Below, piece after piece: positions 30,123 to 42,125 of a stretch of 64,000 nt of DNA. Every line of letters begins with the position of its first letter. Within the stretch, counting starts at the first letter, position 1. The notes beneath the pieces are model-generated. The model searched no databases. It had not been told where the DNA came from and was given only the letters and a program-made list of their open reading frames with translations. Origin of the DNA: Paragordius varius. Its lineage: Eukaryota; Animalia; Nematomorpha. Location: NCBI GenBank assembly GCA_964247055.1, contig OZ176053.1, forward strand, positions 2,666,001 to 2,730,000, given 5' to 3'. Made by a program: the position numbers and the translations under genes.

Positions 30123-32320
30123 TTAAATAACAAAATATTGGAACTTTATATTATTTTAAGTCATGATGGAAACGGTTTAACAACGCGTTAACATATTATG
30201 GATGCTGAACATTTCATATCTCAGAATTAAAGGTTGGTTTGCTTAAAATTTAGGTAAGTTTTTGAAAAAGAAAATATCTATTCTTAAATTTGAAGAGCAA
30301 CAAATAATTTAAATTCTTAGGTGATTTATTAGAATATTTACATATATATATTTGAATATGAATAAATTTAGTTATATATATGTATAATAGGTTTTAAATA
30401 TAGAAAAAGGGGGGAGGTGTGGTATAAGAGTTTTATGTCCTGGCGCGGCGAAATGTGCATCCATTATTTATTAATACATCAAATATTTAGGTTATAAGCT
30501 AAAACGATTTAGAATGGTACGGATTCAGAAAGAATTTATGACTGCATAAAACAAATCTGTAAATTTTTATTAAAAATTGTTTTAGAATCGGTCAAAGAAA
30601 GGTTTAAAAAAAGATTTGTAAGCGATGCAGTAGTTACAGTACAGCGTATGAAATAAAACACATTTCGCCTATAATTATATTTTAAAAATAATTTAATGTA
30701 AATGGCAATTTCCACAATTTGTTGTTTTTTACCTATACGCTTATGTACTACCGATTGCCCAACAATAATGTGAAATGACCATCATTAAAGTGCACACTGT
30801 ATAATATTTTATACCCATAGCAAATAAAAACAGTCATATAAAATACGAGACACATTTATGCTCGTTTATTAACATTATGGCCAATTGGCAACACAGTATG
30901 GGTTAAAACAATAAAATGTTATTTCTTCTGTTTTATGTTTTAAAACACCGGCTGCTCTGTTACCCATTGTCCAACAATCATGTGATAGGCCCGCATAAAT
31001 GGGCATACTCTAATTAATACAAAAATATTTTTAAAATAAAATTTTTATTGTACTCTACGCATTGTATCTGGAAGTTGAAGTAATACACCTGTATTTATAC
31101 ACCAAACCAGAAAAGGCATATCTATGAAAACAAAATAAATGGCTAAATTTGATTAAAATAAGTTTCATGTTAACGTGGGAAAAAACAATTGTTGAGGACG
31201 GCGAACTTAATTTATTAATCCATTTTAAAATGGGCCTTAAATATATAAATGGATTAAAATAAGAAAATGCCTATCTCCACAAATCTTGTAATATCCTATG
31301 TGGATAATAAATATATCAAGAAACCTTGTAATATTTTGTGTATAATAAATATATCAAAGCCTTTCAATCACCATTATAAAACAATGGGTATTGTCATTCA
31401 GCTTTGAACTTTTAGTATAAGTTAGAGAGCGCTAAGATCAATTCCAAAATTAATAACTCAAAAAAGCAATATAAATTGCAAATTTTAGAGTCCGTAGTAA
31501 CGGATCTCAACATATAAACTATACAAGCTAGCTGGACGTTTTTAGAGTGCTGTCACGCTTATGCACTTTAAATTTTATGTATAAAGGTTAGGGTTAAAGG
31601 GTGCTTGTAACGATGAAATGTAATCATTATCTTTTATGCATCAATATATATGATCAATAATTTCAATTGCGTTGAAATAATATTATAAAAATGAATGCTA
31701 ACTTGATTCTTTACTGAAACTATGTAAATTTATAAATCAAATATTATCTAATGATTAACTAATTTAAAAACGCCCTCTAAATATTGAATCATACCAATTC
31801 CATGAAATATAAAAAACTGTATATTAACCTCAATTAAAGATTGAAAATGCTATGTATTATCATAAAACAACTATATTATAAAATGAAAAAATTATAATCT
31901 AACCCATAACATACCGCTCTAATTACTGTTTTTTTATTTATTGTTTAAATAATCTCTTCCTTATCACAAAATTATATAATCAAATAATAACAGTAAATTT
32001 ATTGTAAACGCATTTAAATAACTTATATATTATTAAACTTGACAAGGATTAAATGTGTGCTAAAATTATTTTAGCTCCTATTCATAGATATATGTCACTG
32101 AAATTAACTAAAATAAATTCGTAACACACAGCAATGAAATTGAGTTCATTCAAATTTTATAACAGAGTAAGAACTTTTTTGACAAAATGAAAATAGTAAT
32201 ATTCAAATCAAAAAAATAATTTATCTTGCGTAAGGACAAAGGTGACCATTTTTTTGGTCAATTTTCATATTTAAAAGAACAATGTAGGCTAATTAATTAC
32301 CAGGGTCAGTTTTAAAAGAC

Positions 32321-32328
32321 TATAAAAA
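32321..32328 (+). promoter_or_regulatory. Candidate TATA box of the Gly-rich gene
   Basis: TATAAAAA ~80 nt upstream of ATG 32402, with an Inr-like CATTCA ~30 nt downstream. AT-rich background limits specificity. Confidence 0.45.
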
Positions 32329-32401
32329 GAGCTAAATTTCCCAACTTAAAACACATTCAATTTTTTGACCATTGATTCACATTAAATACCTTTAGTACAA
32401 C

Positions 32402-33732
32402 ATGTATCTTATACCTCTTATTTATTTGCTTTTCAGTCAAGCTTATCTCATAAAAGGGCAACAAGGGGGCCTCCCATTTTTTCCATCGAGTGGAATCGAT
32501 TTATCACAATTATCCGCTTTATCTGGGCAAAGCGGTCAATTAGGTGGCATAGATCTATCTCAATTGGGAACTTCATCCGGAGCTCTTCCGTCACAATCCC
32601 AAATTTCACTTTCAGGTTTGCCTTCTGGTATTTCGCTGCCTGCAGGGATATCACCTCAACAAATATCTGTAAATGCCTTACAACCATCTAGCCAAATTGG
32701 TTCTCAACCGCAAGGACCATCCCCAGCCTCGCTCAATGATATTCTTGGTCTTTTGGCATCCCTCAATCCTCCGGGCGCACAGCAAATCGGGATAGGGCAA
32801 AATCCAGCACAGCAACAACAACAAATCGGTCAAATTCCACAAAGTCTAGGTGGTCTAGGGAGCCAAATTCCATCACAGATCGGTGCAGGGGGACTATTTC
32901 CTAATCAGCTTCCTCAAAGCAATCAATTGGGTGGTTTTGGGAACCAGCCTGTTGCTGCTGGCAGAGTTGGAGGCTTCGATAATCAACAACAGCAATCAGC
33001 TCTAGTTCCTAATCCTAACAATCAAATTGGCGGGCAAGCTGGATTATCTTCGCTTGGTGGTTTGGGATCAGCTGCGCAATTAGGAGGTCTGGGTGCTTTA
33101 GGGGGTCTCGGTGGTCTCTCTGGCTTAGGAGGACTCGGTCAAACTGGTCTTGGGGGATTAGGGGGTTTGGGAGGCCTAGGGCAACAAGGGGCTGCTTTAG
33201 GAGCTTTAGGAGGCCTGGGTCAACAAGGGGCTGCGTTGGGAGCTTTAGGAGGCTTGGGTCAACAAGGGGCTGGATTGGGAGCTTTGGGAGCCTTGGGGGG
33301 TTTGGGACAGCAAGGTGCCGGGTTGGGAGCCTTAGCTGGCCTTGGTGGTTTGGGACAACCTGGTGCTGGCTTGGGGGCCTTGGCAGGGGGGTTGGGCGCC
33401 CAGGGAGGGCTCGGTGCTGGACTTGGATTAAATGGTTTTGGGCTTCCCGGCGCTAGTGGTTTAGGAGGATTGGGTGCACGTAATACATTTTGTCTGTTTA
33501 CATATGTAATATTGGTTGGCTCATTATAATATTTTTTCTTAACTATTGCTATAATATTTTAGTTGGTGGTGCGGGATTCCCTGGGATAGGCGGCTTCCCT
33601 GGTGCTGGAGGACCTGGTGTTTTGGGTGGACCTGGGGGCTTTGGCATGGGACCACCGATGAATCCTTTTGGAAAAAGGAAAAGACGCAGTTTGTTGTTGA
33701 GAAAACTAGAAGCGAATAAAGATACTGAATGA
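32402..33732 (+). CDS. Secreted Gly/Leu/Gln-rich low-complexity (structural/adhesive-like) protein, 2 exons, ~415 aa
   Basis: Exons 32402-33479 and 33563-33732 (83-nt GT..AG intron, phase 1). Hydrophobic signal-like N-terminus, 1.08-kb GC-rich open frame, (G)GLGQQGA(A/G)LGAL repeats, C-terminal PFG-KRKRR. No family recognised. Confidence 0.85.
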
Positions 33733-33862
33733 ATAGTATGACTATAATTGTGCATTCATTGACTGTGAATTAATGCATTACAATTAATATAGTTTATTTA
33801 ACGCGCATTATTTTTTAAACATTATCTATGTAATAATTTCGCTTGCAACAAGATTATAATAA

Positions 33863-34894
33863 ATGAATAAAATTTATTTTACATTACTTTTATGTATATT
33901 CTGGTTCAATATGGCTAAAATTCGGACGGTTTCTGAAAATGAGGAATCACTTGTTAAGCTTAGAGAAGATGTAAATTTTCTTAGTCAGCAATTAATGAAA
34001 TTATATACAGTGATTGCGGAAAAATTCAAAGATTTTAAATATGAAATGGATATCCTCAAATTAGCAGGTATTAATAAAAAAATATATTTGTAGTTGAGGC
34101 ACAAAATATTTGTGCTGCTAATGCGAATAGAAACATGGACGGTTCTCGAAAGCCTATCTCTAACCGGTTGATTAAAAAGGATATAAAATTTGTTTTGCCA
34201 TATAAATTGCCAATGGTATTACAAATAATTTATATCAGATAAAAAAACCAATTTTTTCCACACGTTCGGAACTGTCCACTACAGATCTGTCTGAAACGAC
34301 TCAGCAAACACTATATAGATATGGTAAAAAGTCTAATAGCCTTTATAAGTCATATAACTATAAACCTAAGCATTATGTAACACCACCCACCGAAAATGCC
34401 CTAATGACCCCAAACTTAAAAGAACATGTTTGTTGCCCAGAAAACTTTGTAAAACTCGAGGATTCCTGTTATAGCATAAATTTTGAAAGAGAAAACTGGC
34501 CCAAAGCTTTTCAGCTGTGTAAGGATATGGGAGCAGAACTCTTAAGCATAGATGATTATATCGAAGATAGTCTTATCAGAAAAGAAATAATAAAAATGGT
34601 CCTAAAAAATCACGGTAAAACAATTTATTTATATTGTATAACTATATATTTATAGCAACTGATATTGATTTTTGGACAAGTGGTACTGATAAAATCCAAA
34701 AAGGAAGATGGACTTGGGCTTCCAATGGCAATATAATAAATTATCATAATTGGATTGAAGATCCTGCTATATGGAATAAACTCGGCGAATCATGTATCAT
34801 CTTAAAATCTGATTATAATTATAAATGGGGAAAGAAAAATTGCATGATCAGTCATAAGACAGGATTTATTTGTGAAACTCATAATAAATGTTAA
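33863..34894 (+). CDS. Secreted C-type lectin domain protein, 4 exons, ~313 aa
   Basis: Exons 33863-34067, 34094-34215, 34239-34614, 34656-34894 (942 nt) joined by 26-, 23- and 41-nt GT..AG introns. Signal peptide, coiled-coil-like neck, Ser/Thr-rich stalk, then CTLD: CPENFVKLEDSCY..W..AFQLC..GAELLSI..FWTSG..WTW..G..YHNW..C..W..NC..FICE. Confidence 0.85.
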
Positions 34895-35358
34895 ATTTTA
34901 TCGTTCAACAACATGATCTAAATAATTTATATAATTACTTGTTTTTCAATAATATTGAGCATGTTCTCTAATTTTATTAACTTTTCATTTATGGTCGATA
35001 TTTTGTGGCGACATGATAAATCTGTATATAATAATGAAAAATACCGAATGAAAAAATAAAATCGGCCATTTTTTGAATACCTCCATTCATAATTTCTTGA
35101 AATTCCCTATTTATCCAATTATGCTGAATTTCTGAGACGAGATCCCTATCATGCGTCATTTGTACACAGATTAAATCATGCGTAATAAATTTTAGCAAAT
35201 ATATTGAATTTATTTATAGGTTGATTTTGCTTCTTTGAGATTAAATTATATTCAATTAGAAATATATAGAATTTAACTGTTGGGGAAATTTCTGGAACTC
35301 ATGAGTTTTTTTAAATCAAAATTTTAACTCATTTCAATTTATAGTGGCGATTGATTAA

Positions 35359-35923
35359 CACTTGGATACATCACATTCATTTTAGTCCTTCGATTTAAAT
35401 TAAGGTAGTTAAATACCCCAGACCTGTTTAAAATTAAATTCTTTAGAAATATGGAAGGAATCGAAACCATGGCCAAATCGTGCACTTATATAACATTAAT
35501 AAACCTTTATATATAAAAAAATTTAATCAAAATAACTTGATATTACTTATTTTATGCTAAAACCGAAAGGTAAAAATTTGGTCAACGTGACATGTGTGCA
35601 ATGGTAAAATAAAAAAAAATACAAAATACACCGCTTTTTCTAATTCCATCAATGTTAGATATATTTTAAATAAAAAATTAGCTTTTATTTTACTCTTAAA
35701 ATTAGATAAAGACGATATTTTGCAAAAATTTTGTAAAATAAAAATGGCGTCGAAGTAGTTTGACATGAAACTTTTTTTTCAAAACAAAATTTTATTTAGA
35801 TTTTTTGGCATATTTTGGATAGAAGCATAAATTTAAATTTGGACCGTTTCCTTCAGTAGTATCTTAAAAATCCTAACTCAAATTAAATCTGGGGTATTTA
35901 GATCCCCAATTTGAATCGAAGTG
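35359..35923. mobile_element. piggyBac-like MITE
   Basis: TTAA|CACTTGGAT...ATCGAAGTG|TTAA; subterminal inverted motifs ttcgatttaaatt..gtagttaaatacccc / ggggtatttagat..aatttgaatcgaa. Confidence 0.8.
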
Positions 35924-36293
35924 TTAAGCCAGTGATAAATTTTAAAGAGCAAAAAAACTTCTTATCAGAGTAACAAAACCGATAAAAATTTCAAAGCTGT
36001 TGACAGATTTATAGATATTTACTCCAAATAAGTATAATAAAAAATAAAAAATAAGGCCATAAAAATCACTTTTAGAACTGCATGCGCACCGTGAGCCGCT
36101 GTTGGAGTATCACTGCACTAAGCCGTTTCATTTAAACAACACGTTCTGCCCATCTCGCATGGATAAATAGGTGCCTTGAACAAGTTCCAGAATATTAAGC
36201 CTCAATCACGTTTCCCATAACGTGTCCAGCTTATAAAAATTTATTTATTAGGTAAGGGGTAAGCCGCAATCTCAAATTTATGGGTTACCGGTG

Positions 36294-36334
<41 letters not shown>

Positions 36335-36471
36335 GTTGCGTTATTTTAGTAGTAAATATCACGATTAATATGGTATTTTTGAAATCAGGATTGAGTTCCT
36401 CAGGATCTTGATATTAAATATTCTAAAACTATGTAATTACAATGGCAAAAGTTTGCACTTATATAACTTTA

Positions 36472-36991
36472 CACTTGAATACAAAGCATTCATTTTAGTC
36501 CTTCGATTCAAATTGGGGTAGTTATATACCCAGGCTTGGTTAAGATTAAATAAAAAGAACATGGAAATTAAAATTATGGCAAAAGTTTGCACTTATATGA
36601 CATTAATAAACCAAAATATAATAATTATTCATTTAAAAATACTTAATATTACTTATTCAGAGATAAAACCCAAAGGTTAAAATTCAGGCAACATGACATA
36701 TGTCAAAAAGCTAAATAAAATACATGCAAAATATAACGACTTTTTCTTATATCAATGTTAAATGAGCTATTAATAAAATAAACTTAATGCTCAGAGAAGA
36801 CGATTTGCAAAAATATTTTAAAAAAATGGTGTCCAAGTAGTTCTATACGAAAATTTATTTCCAAATTTTATTATAAAATGTTGGCTTATTTATATGATTT
36901 TTATTAAAGAATTGAAACGCTCCTTTTAGTAGTTTTTTTAAAAATATCAATTTAATTTTCTGGTTTAGATAACCCAATATGAATCGGAGTG
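36472..36991. mobile_element. piggyBac-like MITE, diverged copy
   Basis: CACTTGAAT...ATCGGAGTG|TTAA with family-internal motifs. Confidence 0.7.
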
Positions 36992-38349
36992 TTAATGAAC
37001 ACATAAAAAATTTATTCAAATATACTTGACATTCCTTAACCCAAAAGAATATTTAGTCAACAAGTTATGTGTGCATTAGCTCAATTTAAAAATATATAAA
37101 ATTAACCACATTTTCTGTTATTAATGTTAGATGTAATTTCAATAAAAAATTAGAAGCTTTAAAATTAAATATTTTTCCAAAACTAAATTTTATATTTTGG
37201 CTTATTTATTAAATCTTTATTAGGGTAGACGCATAAATTATTGGAACCGGTATGGTAAGAATAACAACTCATATATTGTCTAGAATTTTAATTAAAGTGT
37301 AAATAGGATACAAGCATATTTGAAATAGAACCGTTTTCAGTAGTTTAATTAGCAACACATTCATTTTAGTCCTTCGATTTAAATTAAGGTAGTTAAATAC
37401 CCCAGGCCTGTTTAAAATTAAATTCTTTAGAAATATTGAAGGAAACGCATGGCCAAACTGTGCACTTATATAACATTAATAAACCTTTATATATAAAAAA
37501 ATTTATTCAAAAAAACTTGATATTACTTATTTTATGCTAAAACCGAAAGGTAAAAATTGGTCAACGTGACATGTGTGCAATGGTAAAATAAAAAAAATAC
37601 AAAATAAACCGCTTTTTCTATTTCTATCAATGTTAAATGTAATTTAAATAAAAAATAGCTCAAATTTTACCTTTAAATTAAATGAAGATGATATTTTGCA
37701 AAAATTTTGTAAAATAAAAATGGCGTCGAAGTAGTTTGACAAACTTTTAATATTTTGGCATCTATATATATTTATAAAAATGGAAAATCGTGGCTTTGTG
37801 ATATGTTTCCGGAAAACCGGTAGATCCATTTAAATCCAAATGTCGAAAAAATATAATTATTAATGAATACCCCGACAATAGCTTCGGCTTTTTTTTGAAT
37901 TAGGTCCCCAGTTCCGACCCACCCCGTCTACAAAACGATTTTTTTGAAAACACAAGTCCACAAAAATCGTGTCTTTGAGACAATTTTCCTGAAAACGTCT
38001 TGGACCTTTCGATTTCCAATATGATTTTTTTTACTTTTTTTCGATTGCGCTAAACATAGTCGGCTCGCTTTTAATTTAGGCCCTCTTTTTACCCATTCCC
38101 CCCGTAAAATGCCACTTTTTCCAAAAAAATTAAGTCCACAAAAATAATTTTTTGCACATATTTAACGCCCAAAGTATGAGACCTTAAAAATTCAATAAGG
38201 ATTTTAAGTATTCCTTGTTAAAAGGCAAAAATTTTAGTCAAGCGTTTCTTTGAAGATACCCGCTAATAACTGACCCGTCATATCGAAATGGCGTGTCTTT
38301 GGGGCTAAGTTTCAGAAAACCTATCAAGCCATATGAGTTCAATAGCTGC

Positions 38350-39400
38350 CATCAAGAAAGCGTTTGACCACGCAAACAGCGAGTATATAATAGAAATAAT
38401 AAATAACCTAAAACTCGATCAAAATTGGAAAAACTTTACAATTAACCTGTTGATAAATGGCAGATTCTAAGTCGTCACTGAAGGTTAGTATGGAATTATA
38501 TTTTCAACTACTAGAGGAGTCAAACAAGGATGCCCAATATCCCCAAAAATGTTTAATCTAATTACAGATAAAATTTTAAAATAAATGGAATGTGAGTTAA
38601 GCTCCTACAAAATAATGGCATATGCTGATGACATATGTATAGTTAGCGAATCAATCGATTCCCTTATATCTTGCATCGAATTATTAGCAACAAAAATTAA
38701 AGTAGCAGGTCTGATATTAAATATGGAGAAAACCAAAGTTATGACAACATCCGAATTATCAATTAAAAAATTTCCTCTCACAGTAGAAGAACTTGATATA
38801 GTACACAAATACAAATTTTTAGGAGTCTGGTTCTCTAATAAAGGATGTATCGATTTAAACGCAATGAACAGATTGGACAATACCCAGGAAATATTTGATG
38901 AAGTGCACCAACTCTGGAGCTCAAAAATTCTTAGCAAACAAAGGCATGTATAATAACAAAAATTACATGTGGCTTCTCAGTATGGCCAATAAAAAGGAAA
39001 ACCTTACACAGAACTTAAATATCATTAACAAAGCCTTAAGGAAAATAATGGGAACCAAAACCACTCATTAATATTCAATGCAGCACTTTATGCTGAAACA
39101 AAATGCATTCCCTTAGAACACGCTATCACTCTAGCAGAATTAAATATTATGGCACATCTAATAAAAAGATCTAACATAGGCCCACTGTGGGAAGCTCTAT
39201 CATGGAAAGATAATACAGAAAATGACAAAAAAAACAAAACTACTTGATTAGGTCGCATCCTAACATTTCTTTCTAGATTCGATTTGAATGAAAACAAAAT
39301 TATTCAGTTAGTTAAACAAAACAACTGGAAGAAAACGGCCGAAGAATGCAAATTACAAGGAAAAGAAAGAACAAAAGAAACATAGAAAAATTAAAAAATC
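38350..39400 (+). pseudogene. 5'-truncated, inactivated non-LTR retrotransposon reverse transcriptase fragment
   Basis: From 38351: IKKAFD..(stops)..TRGVKQGCPISPKMFNL..*..MAYADDICIV..GLILNMEKTKVM..YKFLGVWF. In-frame stops, then frame disruptions. Insert relative to Helitron copy 1 spans ~38350-40016. Confidence 0.88.
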
Positions 39401-40726
39401 AAGAAGATAATGATAATATGTGGATAACGCTTACACTCTAGACCTTAGGGTTCCTTTTTCCTCTTTATTCATTGCAAAATTAAAAAAAATATATAAAAAA
39501 TATATATAGTACAGTAGCATATGGTAAATAATACAAATAAAATAGGTTACAAATTCTAATTTTTTTCTTACCACATCCTACTGTATATAACGAATTTGAT
39601 TTCCAAAACATACTAAACTCATAATTTTTTGAACTAAATTTTTTGAACTTTAAAAACTGTAGCTTAAATAAATAAGATAACATTAGGAGATTAAAACTAC
39701 TTTACTTATATCAAGCATTTTATTGCAAATCATGGATAAAGAAGCAACAATTTTTTTCCTTTGAAGATATCTAATAAAACATACCATAAAATATTAACAA
39801 AAAAATTAAAAAAATATGTCATTAAAATTAAGATTATCTTAATACTAAAAAAAATTTTTTTTTTGAATAAATGTAAACCGCTATAACTTTAAATATAACT
39901 TCCCTATTTATATTAGATTAAATTAAACAATCAATGCCACGTGAAGGCTATGCTGTGAAGGGGGAGTCTTGTGCAGACTGAAACTGTCAAGTGATTTTGT
40001 TTCACCCCTGATACTGATCAAAAACTTAAATCGAGCGGATTTTTTTAGCCGCTATTTAGGCCCTTTACGGCCTGAAAAATGCGCCGCCATAGAATTATTT
40101 TTTAATTTTGAGGCAATTTCGAAAACTAATGAGAACATATGGACAATCATGATTCCAGATATTTTCCGTAAAAAGGCAAATTTTAATGAAGCGCATTTTT
40201 TGTATCAGCCTCTGGGTAGGTAGCTACCCGCCTAAAACTGCGCCACTATATAGAAATTACGTTGGAAACTAATTTAAAGAAAACCTATCAGGCCATATAA
40301 GTTCAATAGATGCTTAAAATAATACCCGTAAAATGGCAAAAATTTAGGTCGCGCGGTTTTTAAAAGTTGCCTTTTATTATGTATGCTATTTGGAAATAAT
40401 TAATGACTTTCTAGCAATGTATACTTATACTGTATCTATATATTTATAAAAATGGAAAGTGGTACTTTGTGATCTCTTTCCCAAACCGGTAGACCTATTC
40501 AAATCCAAATGTCGAAAAAATATAAAATGAATGCATACGAGTTCATTTAAATATTACCTTTTAAAAAGTAAAAATTATAGCGGTTTTTTCCGTTAGCCGT
40601 GAATTTGGGGCCTTATCAGTAATAATGTATTAGTAAGAATGCACCGTAGAGATAATCCTATGATATCATAGCTATTAAATAATCCACATATATGGATCAT
40701 TTTGTTGATCCCTTTTTTTCAAATAG

Positions 40727-40745
40727 CCCCCCCCCCCCCCCCCCC
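40727..40745. repeat. C19 homopolymer (G19 on - strand) inside the Helitron 3' region
   Basis: 19 consecutive C; absent from Helitron copy 1. Confidence 0.85.
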
Positions 40746-41526
40746 AGAAGTCCGAAGGGCTTCCTCAGGCTGCATAGCAGCACGAGATTTACGCTAGTAT
40801 TTATGTAAATTTTATTAGAAAAGCATAAATTTAAATTGGGCCCGTTTCCTTCAGTATTTTTTTAAAAATACTAACTCAAGTCTGGGATATTTAGATATTT
40901 CAATTTGAATCGAAGTGTTAAATATCTTATTAAATAATTTGGAGAATGTTAAAACAGTTACACTTTTATTGTACATTTATATTAAATCACGAAATTCGCA
41001 GACATTTGTTAATTTCTAGGGGAAAGATAAACGTGTTTTTTCCAAAAAATCAACGCAATTTATAAAATATGAAGAGCAAATGCTGGCCTCGAGACCAATT
41101 TTTTTAGATTGAAGCCGGGTAGTTTTTCTTAAAATAAACCCTAATTGCTGAAATACTAAATTTTGACATCAAAAAAGTTTTTCCGGGAAAAAAGGTTTTA
41201 ATATCCAAATGTTGTCAAAGCCTTCTTCATACTATTTTAAGATTAAAACTGTAGAATGCTTTAAGTTATAATATAAACACATTTCTATATATTGATACCA
41301 AACTTTACTATAACACCAGAAATATAATTTATAGGTTCATTATTTTTAATTTTTGCCAAAAAAATTATATTTACAATATCAAGGCGAATGAATATTTAGC
41401 TAAAGATCGAATTAGGCTCTGAGATGTAGTTTATGATTTCACATTAAAATATTTAAGGTATTCGAAGCCAATATCATACCTAAAAATTTTGATTTTTATT
41501 TACAATCGCTTTAGAATAATATTTAA

Positions 41527-42068
41527 AACTTGAATAAAACACATTCATTATAGTCCTTCGATTCAAATTGCGGTAGTTGGATACCCAAGGCCTGTTTAAA
41601 ATTAAATTCTTTAAAAAATATGAAAGAAATCGAAACCATGGCAACAACTATATACTATTTATAACCAGAAATATGCATATAAATTTATTCAAAAATACTT
41701 GATATTACTTGAGCTAAAACCTAAAGGTAAAAATTTAATCAACGTGACATGTGTGCAATGGTAAATTAAAAAATAGTGCAAAATAAACCACTTTTTCTAC
41801 TAATAACTAGAAAAATTAAATTTAAATAAAAAATTAGCTTAAATTTTACCCTTGAAAATAAACCAAGACGATATTTTGCCAAAATTTTGTAAAATAAAAT
41901 AGTTTGACATGAAATTTTTTTTAAAACGAAATTTTAGTTAGATATCTTGGCATATTTATATAATTTTTATGGGGATAGAAGCATAAATTTAGAACCATTT
42001 TCTTCAGTTTTTTAAAAATCCTAACTTAAATTTAGTCTGGAATATTTAGATACCCCAATTTATCGAAG
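41527..42068. mobile_element. piggyBac-like MITE, copy abutting the NTAN1 start
   Basis: Family motifs gtccttcgattcaaattg..gtagtt..atacccc and gataccccaattt..tcgaagt; termini degenerate. Confidence 0.7.
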
Positions 42069-42125
42069 TTAAAAAGATAATAAAATAACGGACCATATTA
42101 TTAAAATAAATCATATGAAAATTTG

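Larger units (their letters stand above)
37761..40797 (+). mobile_element. Non-autonomous composite Helitron, copy 2 (carries a LINE fragment; inserted in a MITE)
   Basis: 5' TCTATATATATTTATAAAAATGG and 3' hairpin + CTAG, inserted between A and T with no TSD (ttttggcA|..|Tattta; empty site ttttggcatattta in the sister MITE near 29995). Internal second TC start at 40435. Confidence 0.88.
37351..40917. mobile_element. piggyBac-like MITE split by the Helitron (halves ~37351-37760 and 40798-40917)
   Basis: Both halves are collinear with the intact copy 35359-35923; right end ATCGAAGTG|TTAA. Confidence 0.78.

Noticed and set aside
32448-33755. Antisense ORFs 32448-32687 and 33549-33755 (likewise 20643-20852, 38605-38937, 42517-42891, 54064-54432)
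   Set aside because: Shadows of real coding exons on the opposite strand.
39930-40016. Ribozyme (hammerhead/HDV) at the end of the LINE-containing insert
   Set aside because: GC-richer segment, but no CTGA.GA...GAAA core with flanking stems was found by eye.
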